Source of the DNA: Novosphingobium sp.
GTDB taxonomy: Bacteria > Pseudomonadota > Alphaproteobacteria > Sphingomonadales > Sphingomonadaceae
Assembly (NCBI RefSeq): GCF_037133355.1
Contig: NZ_JBAXOI010000017.1
Location: 22,012-86,011, forward strand
Reading direction: 5' to 3'
DNA: 64,000 nt
Positions within the stretch are counted from its first letter, which is position 1; every line of letters starts with the position of its first letter. Both the position numbers and the translations under genes were made by a program. Shown piece by piece: positions 1-10,600 of this stretch. The notes beneath the pieces are model-generated. The model ran no database searches and was not told the DNA's origin. It saw only the letters and a program-made list of their open reading frames with translations.

Positions 1-1
1 A

Positions 2-1477
2 AGCTATGACTCGAAGAACGGCGTCGCGACGGTTTGGGTCAGCCTGCCGGTGCTGAACGGCGGCGAGAAGAAGCAGATCTGGCTCTATTTCGGCAACAAA
101 ACCGCACCGGTGGGCGAGGACGTCAAGGGTACGTTCGATCCCGACTACACGCTGGTCTATCACTTCTCCGAAGGCCCCGGTCAGCCGACCGAAGACAAGA
201 CCGCCAACGGCAATACTGCGGCGAATGCCCCCGCCGGCAGCGAAGACAGCGCGATCATCGGCCACGGCGGGCACTTCGTTGGCCAGGGCGGCGTTACCGT
301 GAACGACAACCCTTCGCTGGCGATGACCCCGGGCGCGCCGTTCACATTCACGGCCTGGGTCAAGCCCGACAATCTCGGCGGCGATCAGCAGCTGTTTTCG
401 CGCGGGGGCATGGTGATCGGCGTCAACGCCGGCGTGCCCTATGTCGCGGTCGGCAGCGGCCGCGCGCAGGCGACCGCGCCGGTCAAGCAGGGTGACTGGA
501 CTCATCTCGGCGTCGTCGCCGATGGCACCACCCTGAAGATCTACGTCAATGGCATCGAGGCGGGCGCGGTTTCGGTCGCGCTGCCTGCGATTGCCGGTCC
601 GATCACGCTGGGCAGCACGCTGGTCGGCTCGCTCGACGAAGTGCGCCTGTCCAAGACCGCGCGGCCTGCAGCGATGCTCCTGGCCATGGCGAATGCCGAA
701 GGCCCCTCGACCAAGCTCGTCGGGGTTTCCGACACGGCCGAAAAGCAGGGCAACGGCGGCGGCGTGCTGTACTTCATCGTCAGCAAGCTTGAGCCGATCG
801 ATGCGGGCGTCATCGGCCTGTGCATGATCCTGCTGACCATGGCCGTCACGCTCATGGTCAACAAGATCCGCTACCTGAACGCCGCGGCCAAGGGCAACGG
901 GTTGTTCTTCAATCGCTTCAATGCGATGCATGAGAACCTTGTGCCGCTGGACCAGGCCGAAGGCATCTCGCCCGAGGAAGCGGCCTTCATCAAGAAGAGC
1001 TCGCCGATCGCGCGGCTTTACGAGATGGGCATCGCCGAGCTCGATGTACGCCGCAAATCGGCCGCAACGCGTCCGCTTTCGGGCGAGGCGGTCGAGGCGA
1101 TGCGCGCTGCTGTCGACGCGGTCTTCGTCGAAGAGAACCAGAAGCTCGACGCACTGATGGTCATCCTCACCATCGCGATCTCGGGCGGGCCGTTCATCGG
1201 GCTGCTCGGCACCGTGATCGGCGTCATGACCGTGTTCGGCGGCGTGGCCATGGCCGGCGACGTGAACGTGAACGCGATCGCGCCGGGTATCGCCGCAGCG
1301 CTGCTTGCGACCATCGCGGGCCTTGCCTGCGCCATCCCCGCACTGTTCGGCTACAACTATCTCAACGGGCGGATATCCGCACTGGCCGACCAGATGCGCG
1401 TGTTCATCGACCGCCTCATCACCCGCCTTGCGGAAATGCAGGCCGACGCGGCCTATGCCCGCGAAGCAGCAGAATAA
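2..1477 (+). CDS. ExbB/MotA/TolQ-family proton-channel protein with N-terminal DUF2341-like and LamG (concanavalin-like) domains; the 5' end lies upstream of the window
   Basis: Frame 2 is open from base 2 (SYDSKNGVATVWVSLPVLNGGEKKQIWLYFGN, a DUF2341-type motif), so the listed start at 50 is internal. LamG-like block: FTFTAWVKPD...WTHLGVVADGTTLKIYVNG...GSLDEVRLS. C-terminal MotA_ExbB module: ISGGPFIGLLGTVIGVM...AIAPGIAAALLATIAGLACAIPAL. Confidence 0.85.
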   Translation, partial: SYDSKNGVATVWVSLPVLNGGEKKQIWLYFGNKTAPVGEDVKGTFDPDYTLVYHFSEGPGQPTEDKTANGNTAANAPAGSEDSAIIGHGGHFVGQGGVTVNDNPSLAMTPGAPFTFTAWVKPDNLGGDQQLFSRGGMVIGVNAGVPYVAVGSGRAQATAPVKQGDWTHLGVVADGTTLKIYVNGIEAGAVSVALPAIAGPITLGSTLVGSLDEVRLSKTARPAAMLLAMANAEGPSTKLVGVSDTAEKQGNGGGVLYFIVSKLEPIDAGVIGLCMILLTMAVTLMVNKIRYLNAAAKGNGLFFNRFNAMHENLVPLDQAEGISPEEAAFIKKSSPIARLYEMGIAELDVRRKSAATRPLSGEAVEAMRAAVDAVFVEENQKLDALMVILTIAISGGPFIGLLGTVIGVMTVFGGVAMAGDVNVNAIAPGIAAALLATIAGLACAIPALFGYNYLNGRISALADQMRVFIDRLITRLAEMQADAAYAREAAE

Positions 1478-1489
1478 GGAGCGCGTGCG

Positions 1490-1897
1490 ATGCAGGTAGG
1501 TGGCGGCCGCAAGGCCTATGACGATATCAACATCACCCCGATGCTCGACCTTGCGTACGTGCTTCTGGTGATCTTCATCCTGATGGCGACGGCTTCGGTG
1601 CAGGGCATCAAGGTCGATCTGCCCAAGGCGAGCTCGGCCAAGAGCCTGGTCCAGCCCAAGACCATAGCCCTGACCGTGAACGATCAGGGCCAGATCTTCA
1701 TGGACGCCTTCCCGGTGACCCTGCCCGATCTCGAGACGCGCCTGCGCAATGCCAAGGCCTCGAACCCCGATGTGCCGATCGTGCTCAAGGGCGATACGAC
1801 GACGCAGTATGGCAAGATCATGGAAGTGCTCGATCTTTGCCGCCGGCTTGACCTTTCCAAGGTCGGACTGGTCACGGGCAAGCCGACCGGTACCTGA
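1490..1897 (+). CDS. exbD: ExbD/TolR-family biopolymer transport protein
   Basis: INITPMLDLAYVLLVIFILMA is a single N-terminal TM, followed by a periplasmic domain (PIVLKGDTTTQYGKIMEVLDLCRR). AAGGAG lies 8 nt upstream. The gap after the ExbB-like gene is 12 nt. Confidence 0.9.
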   Translation: MQVGGGRKAYDDINITPMLDLAYVLLVIFILMATASVQGIKVDLPKASSAKSLVQPKTIALTVNDQGQIFMDAFPVTLPDLETRLRNAKASNPDVPIVLKGDTTTQYGKIMEVLDLCRRLDLSKVGLVTGKPTGT

Positions 1898-1924
1898 GCC
1901 CGAAGGACCCTGAAGCCTAGCCCC

Positions 1925-2659
1925 ATGGCCAGCAAGCCCGCCTCTCCCAGCCCCGTGCCGCCTGCGTTCGATCCGAACGAGAAAGCGTCGGTGAAGCTGC
2001 GCCTTGTCCAGTTGGGCGCGGTGGTCCTTGTCATGCTCGCGGCCTGGTGGATCTATGGGCTCCTTACCGCTGTGCCGGGGGTGAAGGTGGAGCAAGCGCC
2101 ACCGCAGACGGTGGACATGCTGCCTCCTCCGCCGCCACCGCCGCCTCCGCCACCACCGCCACCGGATCAGCCGCCTCCGCCGGACGCCAAACCCGATCCG
2201 ATGCCCAATCCCGAACCCGCACCCGCGCCTGATCAGCCCGCGCCGATGAAGATCGACGGACCCGCGCAGGCCGGCACCGACGCCTTCGGCCTCAGTTCGG
2301 GCAAGGGCGGCGGCATGGGCGGCGGCGGCAGCAACGGTACTTGCCTCGCGCCCCCATGCGGCGGCGGCGGCTCGCCGATCAACAACGGTTTCTACATTCG
2401 CGGGATCCAGAGCGCGCTGCAGGAACTGGTCGACAGCAACGACAAGCTGAACCGGCAGATCTTCACCGCAGATTTCATGATCATCGCGAGCGCTGATGGC
2501 AAAAAGGTCGTGCGGGTCGATGTCGTGCGATCCAGCGGCAACAGCAAGCGCGACCAGTTGCTGGTCCAGACGCTCCTGCAGGGCCGCAACCTTGGCGCGC
2601 AGCCGACCGGCTTCAAGTTTCCTCAGAAGATAACCGTCCGGGGCAGCCGTGGTCTTTGA
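1925..2659 (+). CDS. TonB-architecture protein (N-terminal TM, poly-proline spacer, small C-terminal domain)
   Basis: TM is LGAVVLVMLAAWWIYGLL. It is followed by 14 consecutive Pro plus a PDxKP-rich spacer, a Gly/Cys-rich stretch (GGGMGGGGSNGTCLAPPCGGGG), and a C-terminal block VRVDVVRSSGNSKRDQLLVQTLL that resembles the TonB C-domain. The start codon is uncertain because the RBS is weak. Confidence 0.65.
   Translation: MASKPASPSPVPPAFDPNEKASVKLRLVQLGAVVLVMLAAWWIYGLLTAVPGVKVEQAPPQTVDMLPPPPPPPPPPPPPPDQPPPPDAKPDPMPNPEPAPAPDQPAPMKIDGPAQAGTDAFGLSSGKGGGMGGGGSNGTCLAPPCGGGGSPINNGFYIRGIQSALQELVDSNDKLNRQIFTADFMIIASADGKKVVRVDVVRSSGNSKRDQLLVQTLLQGRNLGAQPTGFKFPQKITVRGSRGL
2122..2163 (+). repeat. Low-complexity CCN run encoding 14 consecutive prolines inside the TonB-like gene
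   Basis: Read directly: cct cct ccg ccg cca ccg ccg cct ccg cca cca ccg cca ccg. Confidence 0.95.
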
Positions 2660-2713
2660 TCCGCGTCAGCCCGCCGCCCGCTACGGGGCCCTTTTCGAGC
2701 ATGGAGTTTCGTG

Positions 2714-4534
2714 ATGTCGGTGTGCAACCTTGATCGCCGGACCGGCTGGAAGCCGATGAAACGCGCGCTGGTGCTTTCGGCTGCGCTCGCCGGGCTGCTT
2801 GCTGGCGGGGGGGCATTTGCCCAGACCGCCGCAGTGCCCGACGCCGCACAGGCCGCCGCCGCACCTGCGGCCCAGGCTGCCGCGCCTTCGCCGGATGCGA
2901 TGACCAACCTCATCCGCCTGCTCGTCGCGCAGGGCACGATCACCAAGGAAAACGGCGAAGCGCTGCTCGCGCAGGCGCAGGCCGAAGCGGACAAGGCACG
3001 CATGGCCGCCGCCGCGCCGCCCCCGCCGCCGCCTCCGCCCGCAGGCGCTGTGCGTGTCGCCCGCGTACCCGAAGCGGTGCGCCAGCAAATCCGCGACGAG
3101 ATCCGCGGTGAAATCATGGCCCAGGCCGCGAGCGAGGGCTGGGTGACCAAGGATCAGGCCGCGCCTGAATGGACCAAGCGCATCCGCCTGTTCGGCGATG
3201 TGCGGGTGCGCTCGCAGAGTTCGCTCTATTCGAAGAACAACTCCGACCAGATCTTCGACTTTACCCGCATGACCGCAGCGGGCCAGCCGATCGATCTCGC
3301 GCGGCTCTCGTCCTACCAGTTCCTCAATACCCGCAAGGACCGCACCGACGCCCGCTACCGCGCGCGGCTTGGCATCGAGGCTCAGGTGGTCAAGGGCGTT
3401 TCGGCGACGCTCGTGCTCGGCACCGGCGACGACAACAGCCCGATCTCGGAGAACGCCAGCCTCGGTGGCGGCTTTGCCAAACGTCAGATTTTCGTCGACA
3501 CCGCCGAGATCAAGGTCAAGCCGACCGACTGGGCGACGCTCCATTTCGGCCGCTTCGAGAACCCGTTCAACACCACTCCGCTGCTCTACGACGAAGACCT
3601 CCGCTTCGACGGCGTTTCGGCAGCGCTCAAGTGGGCCGGGCTGTTTGGCAAGGATTCGGGCGTCACGCTGACCGGCGGCGCTTTCCCGCTCGACTATGGT
3701 GACGGCAACTTCCCGAGCGTCGCGGTCAACAAGCGTTCCTATCCCACCAAGTGGCTGTTTGCGGGTGAGCTCAAGCTCACTGCCCCGATAACCGATGGTC
3801 TGTCGGTCGATGCAAGCGCTGCCTATCACACCTTCAAGAACGTCCAGGGCCAGCTGTCCGAACCTTGCAACCTTGATCTGGGCGATTTCTGCTCGACCGA
3901 CGGGTTCCAGCCGCAGTTCCTGCGCAAGGGCAACACGCTGTTCACGATCCGCAATCTCGTGACCAACAGCACCGGCATCTACCCGCAGCTCTTCGGCCTC
4001 AAGTTCGACTACAACATCCTCGCTCTCAACCTCGCGCTGCGCCTGCCGGTTTCGGAGAACGTGACCGCGCGGCTGGGCGGCGAATATGTCAAGAACCTCG
4101 GCTTCAAGCGCAGCGACATCTGCTCCGGCCTCTATGACACCGCGCAGGCGTTCCTCGTCCAGCCGTACAACAATTACGGCAGCGACGGGAATGCGGCCCG
4201 CAACATCTGCACCAAGACCAATCCGACAAGTTTTGTCGGCGGCGATACCGGCTGGCTGGTCAATGCCTCGATCGGTTATCCCAAGGTGCTCAAGAAGGGC
4301 TCCTGGAACGCTTTTGCCGAGTATCGCTACCTCGAAAGCGATGCGGTGCTCGATGCCTATAGCGACAGCGATTTCCACCTCGGCGGCACCAACGCCAAGG
4401 GTTACGTGATCGGCGCCGAATATGGCGTGGCGGACCGCCTTTCGGTGCGTGCACGCTGGTTCAGCGCGAACGAGATCTCGGGTGAGCCGCTGGCGATCGA
4501 CGTGCTGCAAATCGATTTCATGGCGCGCTTCTGA
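2714..4534 (+). CDS. Porin-like outer-membrane beta-barrel protein with an N-terminal Ala-rich coiled-coil and a poly-Pro segment
   Basis: Signal peptide MKRALVLSAALAGLLAGGGAFAQ. Helical segment NLIRLLVAQGTITKENGEALLAQAQAEADKARMAAAAPPPPPPPP. Long region of alternating beta-strand-type sequence ending in the aromatic OMP terminus LQIDFMARF. Alternative starts are GTG 2711, ATG 2714 (GGAG 7 nt upstream) and ATG 2756, which sits directly before the signal peptide. Confidence 0.75.
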   Translation: MSVCNLDRRTGWKPMKRALVLSAALAGLLAGGGAFAQTAAVPDAAQAAAAPAAQAAAPSPDAMTNLIRLLVAQGTITKENGEALLAQAQAEADKARMAAAAPPPPPPPPAGAVRVARVPEAVRQQIRDEIRGEIMAQAASEGWVTKDQAAPEWTKRIRLFGDVRVRSQSSLYSKNNSDQIFDFTRMTAAGQPIDLARLSSYQFLNTRKDRTDARYRARLGIEAQVVKGVSATLVLGTGDDNSPISENASLGGGFAKRQIFVDTAEIKVKPTDWATLHFGRFENPFNTTPLLYDEDLRFDGVSAALKWAGLFGKDSGVTLTGGAFPLDYGDGNFPSVAVNKRSYPTKWLFAGELKLTAPITDGLSVDASAAYHTFKNVQGQLSEPCNLDLGDFCSTDGFQPQFLRKGNTLFTIRNLVTNSTGIYPQLFGLKFDYNILALNLALRLPVSENVTARLGGEYVKNLGFKRSDICSGLYDTAQAFLVQPYNNYGSDGNAARNICTKTNPTSFVGGDTGWLVNASIGYPKVLKKGSWNAFAEYRYLESDAVLDAYSDSDFHLGGTNAKGYVIGAEYGVADRLSVRARWFSANEISGEPLAIDVLQIDFMARF

Positions 4535-4543
4535 CGATTTCAT

Positions 4544-4563
4544 GGCCGGTCATGGGCCGGTCA
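4544..4563 (+). promoter_or_regulatory. Two copies of GGCCGGTCA spaced 11 bp apart in the 82-nt gap upstream of the giant gene (candidate regulator binding site)
   Basis: The sequence reads tcatGGCCGGTCAtgGGCCGGTCAcg. The copies lie at 4544-4552 and 4555-4563. Confidence 0.3.
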
Positions 4564-4616
4564 CGCACTCGCATTAACCTTTTCCCGAGCTCAGCACAGA
4601 CCCCAAAGGGACCGGC

Positions 4617-7600
4617 ATGAACAAGCGCAGCAACACCGTCACCGGCAAACGGCAGCGCCTTCTGGCGAGCGCCAGCGCGCTGGTGCTCGGCCTTGGCTGC
4701 ACCGTGGCACCGGCCCATGCTCAGATGGCGCGGCTGCAGGGTGCGGTCGGCGCTGTGCCGGTGATCACCGCATCGGGCGCCACCGCTCCGGTGCCGCACC
4801 GTTCGGTGCGCATGCAGGAAGCGCTGGCGCAGCAACAGGCCGCGCGCGACGCGGTCAAGGCGATGCGTGGCCTCGTCACTCAGGCGCGCGAAGCCGCGCT
4901 CGCCGCCACGCGTATCAGGCCGACCGAAGGCCTTTCGCTGAAGGGCCTCAATCCTGCGGTCACCAAGGTCACCGCCTCGGTCGATGATCCCACCGGGCTT
5001 GCAACCTGGCAGGGCGCGCTGCTTCCCACCCAGACCGAAGCAGACGGCAAGTTCACGGTCACGATCAAACAGACCGATTCACGCGCGCTGCTCTCGTGGA
5101 ACAACTTCGACGTGGGCGCGAAGACCTCGCTGGTGTTCGACCAGACGGTGGGCGGCAAGGCGCAGACCGACTGGGTGGTGCTGAACCGCGTGGTCGATCC
5201 GAACGCGCGGCCGACCACAATCCTGGGGTCGATCAAGGCGCCCGGAACTGTGTTCGTGCTCAACCGGTCGGGCGTGATCTTTGGCAACGGTGCGCAGGTC
5301 AATGTCCACTCGCTGCTCGCCAGCAGCCTCGAGATCGGCAACTTTGCCAAGGACTTCAGCCGCGACACTGCGGATTCCAACTTCTTCACCGGTCTCACCC
5401 TCAAGGAGCGCAACACCGCCTACCTCGAGAACGGCCTGCTTGGCCCCTCGGCGAGCCCGAGCAAGTATGCGGCGCTGATCACTTCGAGCCTCGCGGGCTC
5501 CGGCCGCTATGCGACAACGAATCCCACGCTCGCCTTCAGCGCGGCGCCAGAGGGCGACGTGGTGGTCGATCGCGGTGCCAGCATTGCGGCAAGTGGTGGC
5601 GGCTTCGTCATCCTCACTGCCCCCAATGTTTCCAACGATGGCCAGCTCAGCGCACCCGAAGGCCAGGTCAGCCTCCAGGCCGGCCGCGCGATCAGCTTCA
5701 CCGTCTCGACCGGCGATGCGAAGGGCGCCGATTCCGACATTCGCGGTCTGATCCTGCGCACGATCACCGAGGATGGCGGAGCGGTCGTCAACTCGGGCCT
5801 GATCGATGTGCCGCGAGGCTATATCTCGCTCGGCTCCGATCTGACCGGTTCGGTCGAAAACGCGGGCCTGCTCAGCTCGACTACTAGCGTTTCGCGCAAT
5901 GGTACGATCTCGCTGCTCGCAGGCACTGTGCGCATTGCGGGTGGCAGCGATACGACGCACGCGGGCGGCATCTCGATCCTCGACGATTCCAGCACCGAGA
6001 CCGTGCCGCAGGGCACTGCGGACGAACCGGCCGCGTTCAAGACCTCGCGCATCGACATCGGCGCGGCCTACGTGCCGCTGGTGGCCGGTAGTTCGACGCT
6101 CGGTCTGTTTGGTCCGGCCTCGGTTGAATTCGGGGCCAATACGCTGCTGCTCGCCCCTTCTGCCAATGTCTCGATCGGCACCCGCGCCTCGCAGGCCTTC
6201 GACCTCAACGCGTTTCTCTCGACTGGGCGCGTCGTCTCGAATGGCAGCGTCACTGTAGGCGAGGGCGTGCGCATCGATGTCAGCGGCATCAAGGATGTCA
6301 CGCTCGAGGCGAGCCGCAACGTTGTCACGATTTCGCCGCTCAAGGGCAACGAGCTGCGCGACACGCCGAACTACCGCGATGTGCGCACCGACGGCAGTTT
6401 CACGCTCAATGGCAGGACCGTCACCATCGATCCGCGGCGCAGCGGCGTGCGCGCCGACGGGGTCCGCTGGGTCGGTTCGCCGCTGATCGAGGCTGGTTCG
6501 GCAGCCAGCCAGATCGGCGTCGGCGCAGCCGAGCTGATGACCAAAGGCGGCACGGTGACGTTCGGCGTAGCCCTTCCGGACACCGTTCAACCCCTCGCCA
6601 CAACGCCGCAAGTCAAGATCGCCCGCAGCGCCTCAGTCGATTTCTCCGGCGGCTGGGTCCACTACAATCCGGGCTGGGTCTATTCCTCGCGCCTGATCCA
6701 GGCCGACGGCACGTTGGTCGACATCGCCGATGCCGATCCCAACGGGGTCTATATCGGCCTGGCCGACGGCTTCACCGATATCCAGAGCAAGTTCGGCATC
6801 GCCGATACCTTCACCAACCGATCGCTCGCGGGCCAGCGCTTCGATCCTGCCTACGATGAGGGCCGCGACGCGGGCGGCATGGTGGTGATCGCCTCGACCG
6901 CAGCGATTGACGGGACGCTGCATGGCGACGCATTTGCCGGCGAACGCCAGCTGCGCAGCGGCACCGTGGGCACAGCCCGGTCGGCCATCGCACTCGATCA
7001 GCGCCAGCTCCAGTCCTCCGTTTTGCAGCTGCCGTCGGGCGGCTTCTTCCGCGTCGGCTCGTTCAGCGGCAGCGACGGTGCCAGCTTTGGTGGCGACATT
7101 CTTGTCCATGCCGATGGGGCAACCGACCTGCCGACCGGGCAAGGCGTGTTCCTGTTTTCGGATCGCCAGCTCAGCGAGGCCGGTCTTTCCGCACTCACCC
7201 TGCAGACCAGCGGCGGGGTCACCTTCGGCGCGGGCACCAAGCTTGCGCTCGCGAATGGCGGCAAGCTAACCATCGATGCCGGCCGTACGATCAATTTCGA
7301 CGGTACAGTTACCGCGCGCGGCGGCGCGATTGTGGCGCGAACTTACGAGCTCGGCGGCACGGTTGACCAGTCCATCCTTGCTCAGACGGGCTCGGCCTTC
7401 ACCACGGCCGACGATACCAAGTCCATCTATGCCAAGGGTGAGGCGCTGCCCGCGCTGTTCGACATCAACGTGCGCGGCACGCTCGATGTAGCGGGGCTCT
7501 GGAGCAACGATTTCCTTGCAGTCGGTACCCTTCCGACGGGCCAGGCCTGGACCTCGGGCGGTTCGATCAGTCTTACGGTCGCGCCCAAGGTGGTGGTGTC

Positions 7601-10600
7601 CGAAGGAACGGACGTCCTCACCGCCAAGAGCGCTGTCGATCTCAGCGGCAGCATCCTGCTGGCGAAGGACGCGCTGCTCAACGTCGCTTCGGGCGGCTAT
7701 GTCGATCCCACTGGCGCGCTCCGGCTGACCGCGCGCGGCGGCAGCGTTTCGCTGATCAACGAGACCACCTACGCCTCGCTCTCGCGCACGGCGGCTGTAC
7801 TCGACGACCTCTCAACGCCCGATCTGACCTTTGGCGGCGAGAATCAGAGCGTTGCCTTCACGCCCTATGTGGTGAACGGCAAGACCGTGCGCGGCGGCCT
7901 TGTTCCGCTCGTGCAGCGGTCCGTCGTCAGCTTCGAGGCCGAAAACTTCAAGGGCTTCAGCTTCGGCGGGGGCGGCACGTTCACGCTGGTGGCGCCCGAA
8001 ATCGCTCTGGGCGGCACCCGTCCGGCTACCGGTTCCTGGCTTGGCCTCGATTTCCTGCAGAAGACCGGTTTCGGCGGCCTCGACCTCACGACATTCCGCT
8101 CGCGCGCTTACGACGATCTCCTCGCCGGAGGACCGGGCGGCACCTCGACATTTCTGGTGACCACGAAGTTTGTGATCGGTGAAGGCGAGACGCTGGATCT
8201 GAACCAGGCGCTGCTCCCCAACTACGTTGATCCGGCAACTTCGGCAAAGCTCGCAGCGCTTCAAAGCGGCAGCGACGTGACCAGCGTGGTTTCGGCCAGC
8301 GTGCCAACCGAAGCGTTCGACCAGCGCGCGGCGACCCTGACGCTCGGGGGCCTGACCGAGCTTACAGTGGCCAAGGGCGGCACGGTTACCGGCGCGGCCG
8401 GCGCCTCGATCACTGCGGCCAAGCTGCTCAACCAGGGCACAATCCGCATTGTTGGCGGCTCGATCCAGCAGCGCGCGGTATTGCCCGAGGTGCTGTTCGG
8501 CAATGCCATCGGTGTTCGCGACGAAGCCAACGGCGGCAACGGACTCGGCGACGTGCTGGGCGGCCGGATCGAGACCGGCGGTAAGGTCCAGTACACCGAG
8601 AATGCGGCCTCCAAGGTCCTGTTCGCCGGAACGCCGCTCACCAACGGAGAGCTTTTCTCCAAGTCCGGCGCGGACCGCGTGGTCTATTTCCTCGGCGCGC
8701 TCGACAAGGATACCGGGCTGCGTTTCGATGCAGGCAGCGTGACCGATCTTTCAGGCGGCGCGGTGTTCGATCCGCGCGCGCCGCTCACTGCCGATGGCCA
8801 CCGGGTTGCCCGCGGGCAACTCTTCGGCGGCGGCACAATCACGACCGCAAGCTCGCTCAACAACCCTGCGATCACCCTGTTCAGCCAGCCGGTCTACGGC
8901 AACGGGCGCAATCAGGTGACCGTCTCGGGCAGTTCGGTCACCTATGGCGGCCTTACCGCGGGGGCGAAAATCAGCACCGGGAACGGTGCGCAGATCGACT
9001 TGCGCGGCGCAACGGCCCGCTTCGACGAGCAGGATTCATCGGGCAATTTCGCGCTGGTCGACCAATGGAGCAACGGCGGCGCGATCCGCGTGCTCGCGGG
9101 CGGCTCGCTGGCCGGTGCGACGATCCGCGCGGGCGGTGGGGCGGCGAATGCCGAAGGCGGCACGCTCGAATGGTTCGCGCCCATAGTGGTGCAGGCTTAT
9201 GGCGCAGACGCGGGCGCAAACAGCCTGCTTGCGGCCGACCAGATCACGGCCTCGGGCTTTACGACTTTCGTCGCGCGCGGCTCGGTCAATCTGGCGGGCG
9301 GGGTCGATCTCAAGCTCGACAAGGCTTTCATTCTCTCTTCGGCCAATCTGCCGACCGGGGCGATCACCGAACGCGACCTGCAGGTTCGTGCCGCGCTGGT
9401 CAGCAACGGCGATGCGACGATCGAGGCGCCCTATATCCTGCTCTCGAGCCAGTCGCAGACCGCGACGGGCGATTTGGCGACGAGCGCGACGGCCGGTTCG
9501 CTCACGTTCAGCGGCAAGTCGATCGACCTTGTCGGCGGGCTCGGTTTCGCGGTGCCCGACGCGGGCAGCGTCCACTTCGATTCCAGCGGTGATGTGCGCC
9601 TGATCGGCGTCAAGCAGCCGGAACCCAATCCGACCGTGCTCACCGGCGTCACCGGGGCGATCGTCTCCAGCGGCGACATCGCGTTCAGCGCGCGGCAGGT
9701 CTACACAACGACCGGCACCGGCAATCTCCAGAGGCTGCTCGAGGATCGTCGCAATGGCACGACGACGAGCACGGCGCGGCCGTATCTGATCGCCACAGTT
9801 GCTGCAAACGGCACGGTCTCGTTCGATTCGGTCGGCGGCGCGTTGCCCGATTCGCCGCTCTCGGCGGGAAGCTGGCTGCGAGTGCTTGGCGCGCATATCC
9901 GTCAGGACGGCGTGCTGCGCGCGCCGCTCGGCCTGATCGAGCTCGGCTCGTCGACACCGCAGATTGTGCCCGGCTCGCTCACCAGCGCAGTCGCGACCAG
10001 CAGCATCACCTTCGGCGAAGGCAGCGTGACCTCGGTCACCGGCACGGGCCTCAATGTGCCCTATGGCCAGACTACCGATCTTACCGAATACTATTTCGCC
10101 CCCAACGTCAGCGCCGCGCTGACCACCGCGCCTACCGGCCAGCTTGTGCTTTCGGGCGAAGATATCACCATCGATACCGGCGCCAAGATCGACGGTCGCG
10201 GCGGCGGCGATGTCTTCGCGTTCGAGTTTGTCTCTGGCACTGGCGGCTCGCGCGATTTGCTGTCGCGCCTCAACGCGGACGCCTTCAGCAGCAACGACGG
10301 ACTGCAGTTCGCCGACGGCCGTCAGGTCTATGCGATCCTGCCGGTCGAGAAGGCTGGTCTCGTTGCCACGTACGACCCGATCTATTCAGCGGACTACGGC
10401 GCAGGCACCGGCGATCTTTATGGTGCGGCGGCGGGCCGCACGGTGCATCTCGATGGCGCGCCGGGCATTCCCGCTGGCGATTATCTGCTCCTGCCTGCCC
10501 ACTACGCGCTGCTCCCTGGCGCGATGCGCCTTGTCGAGAACACCAGCGCAGCCGCGCCTTACGTCGGTGCCTCGAATACACTGCTTGATGGCAGCGTACA

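Noticed and set aside
2681-4543. 620-aa minus-strand ORF covering the whole porin-like gene.
   Set aside because: It is antisense to a gene with a signal peptide and an OMP terminus. Its translation is Arg/Ala/Gly-rich with no recognisable motifs, which is a typical high-GC shadow ORF.
5079-6611. 510-aa minus-strand ORF, plus many ORFs of 60-390 aa on both strands, inside the giant gene (4617-17696).
   Set aside because: All overlap a single uninterrupted 13-kb frame with coherent TPS/beta-helix sequence. Their translations are Arg/Pro-rich low-complexity products of GC-rich off-frames.
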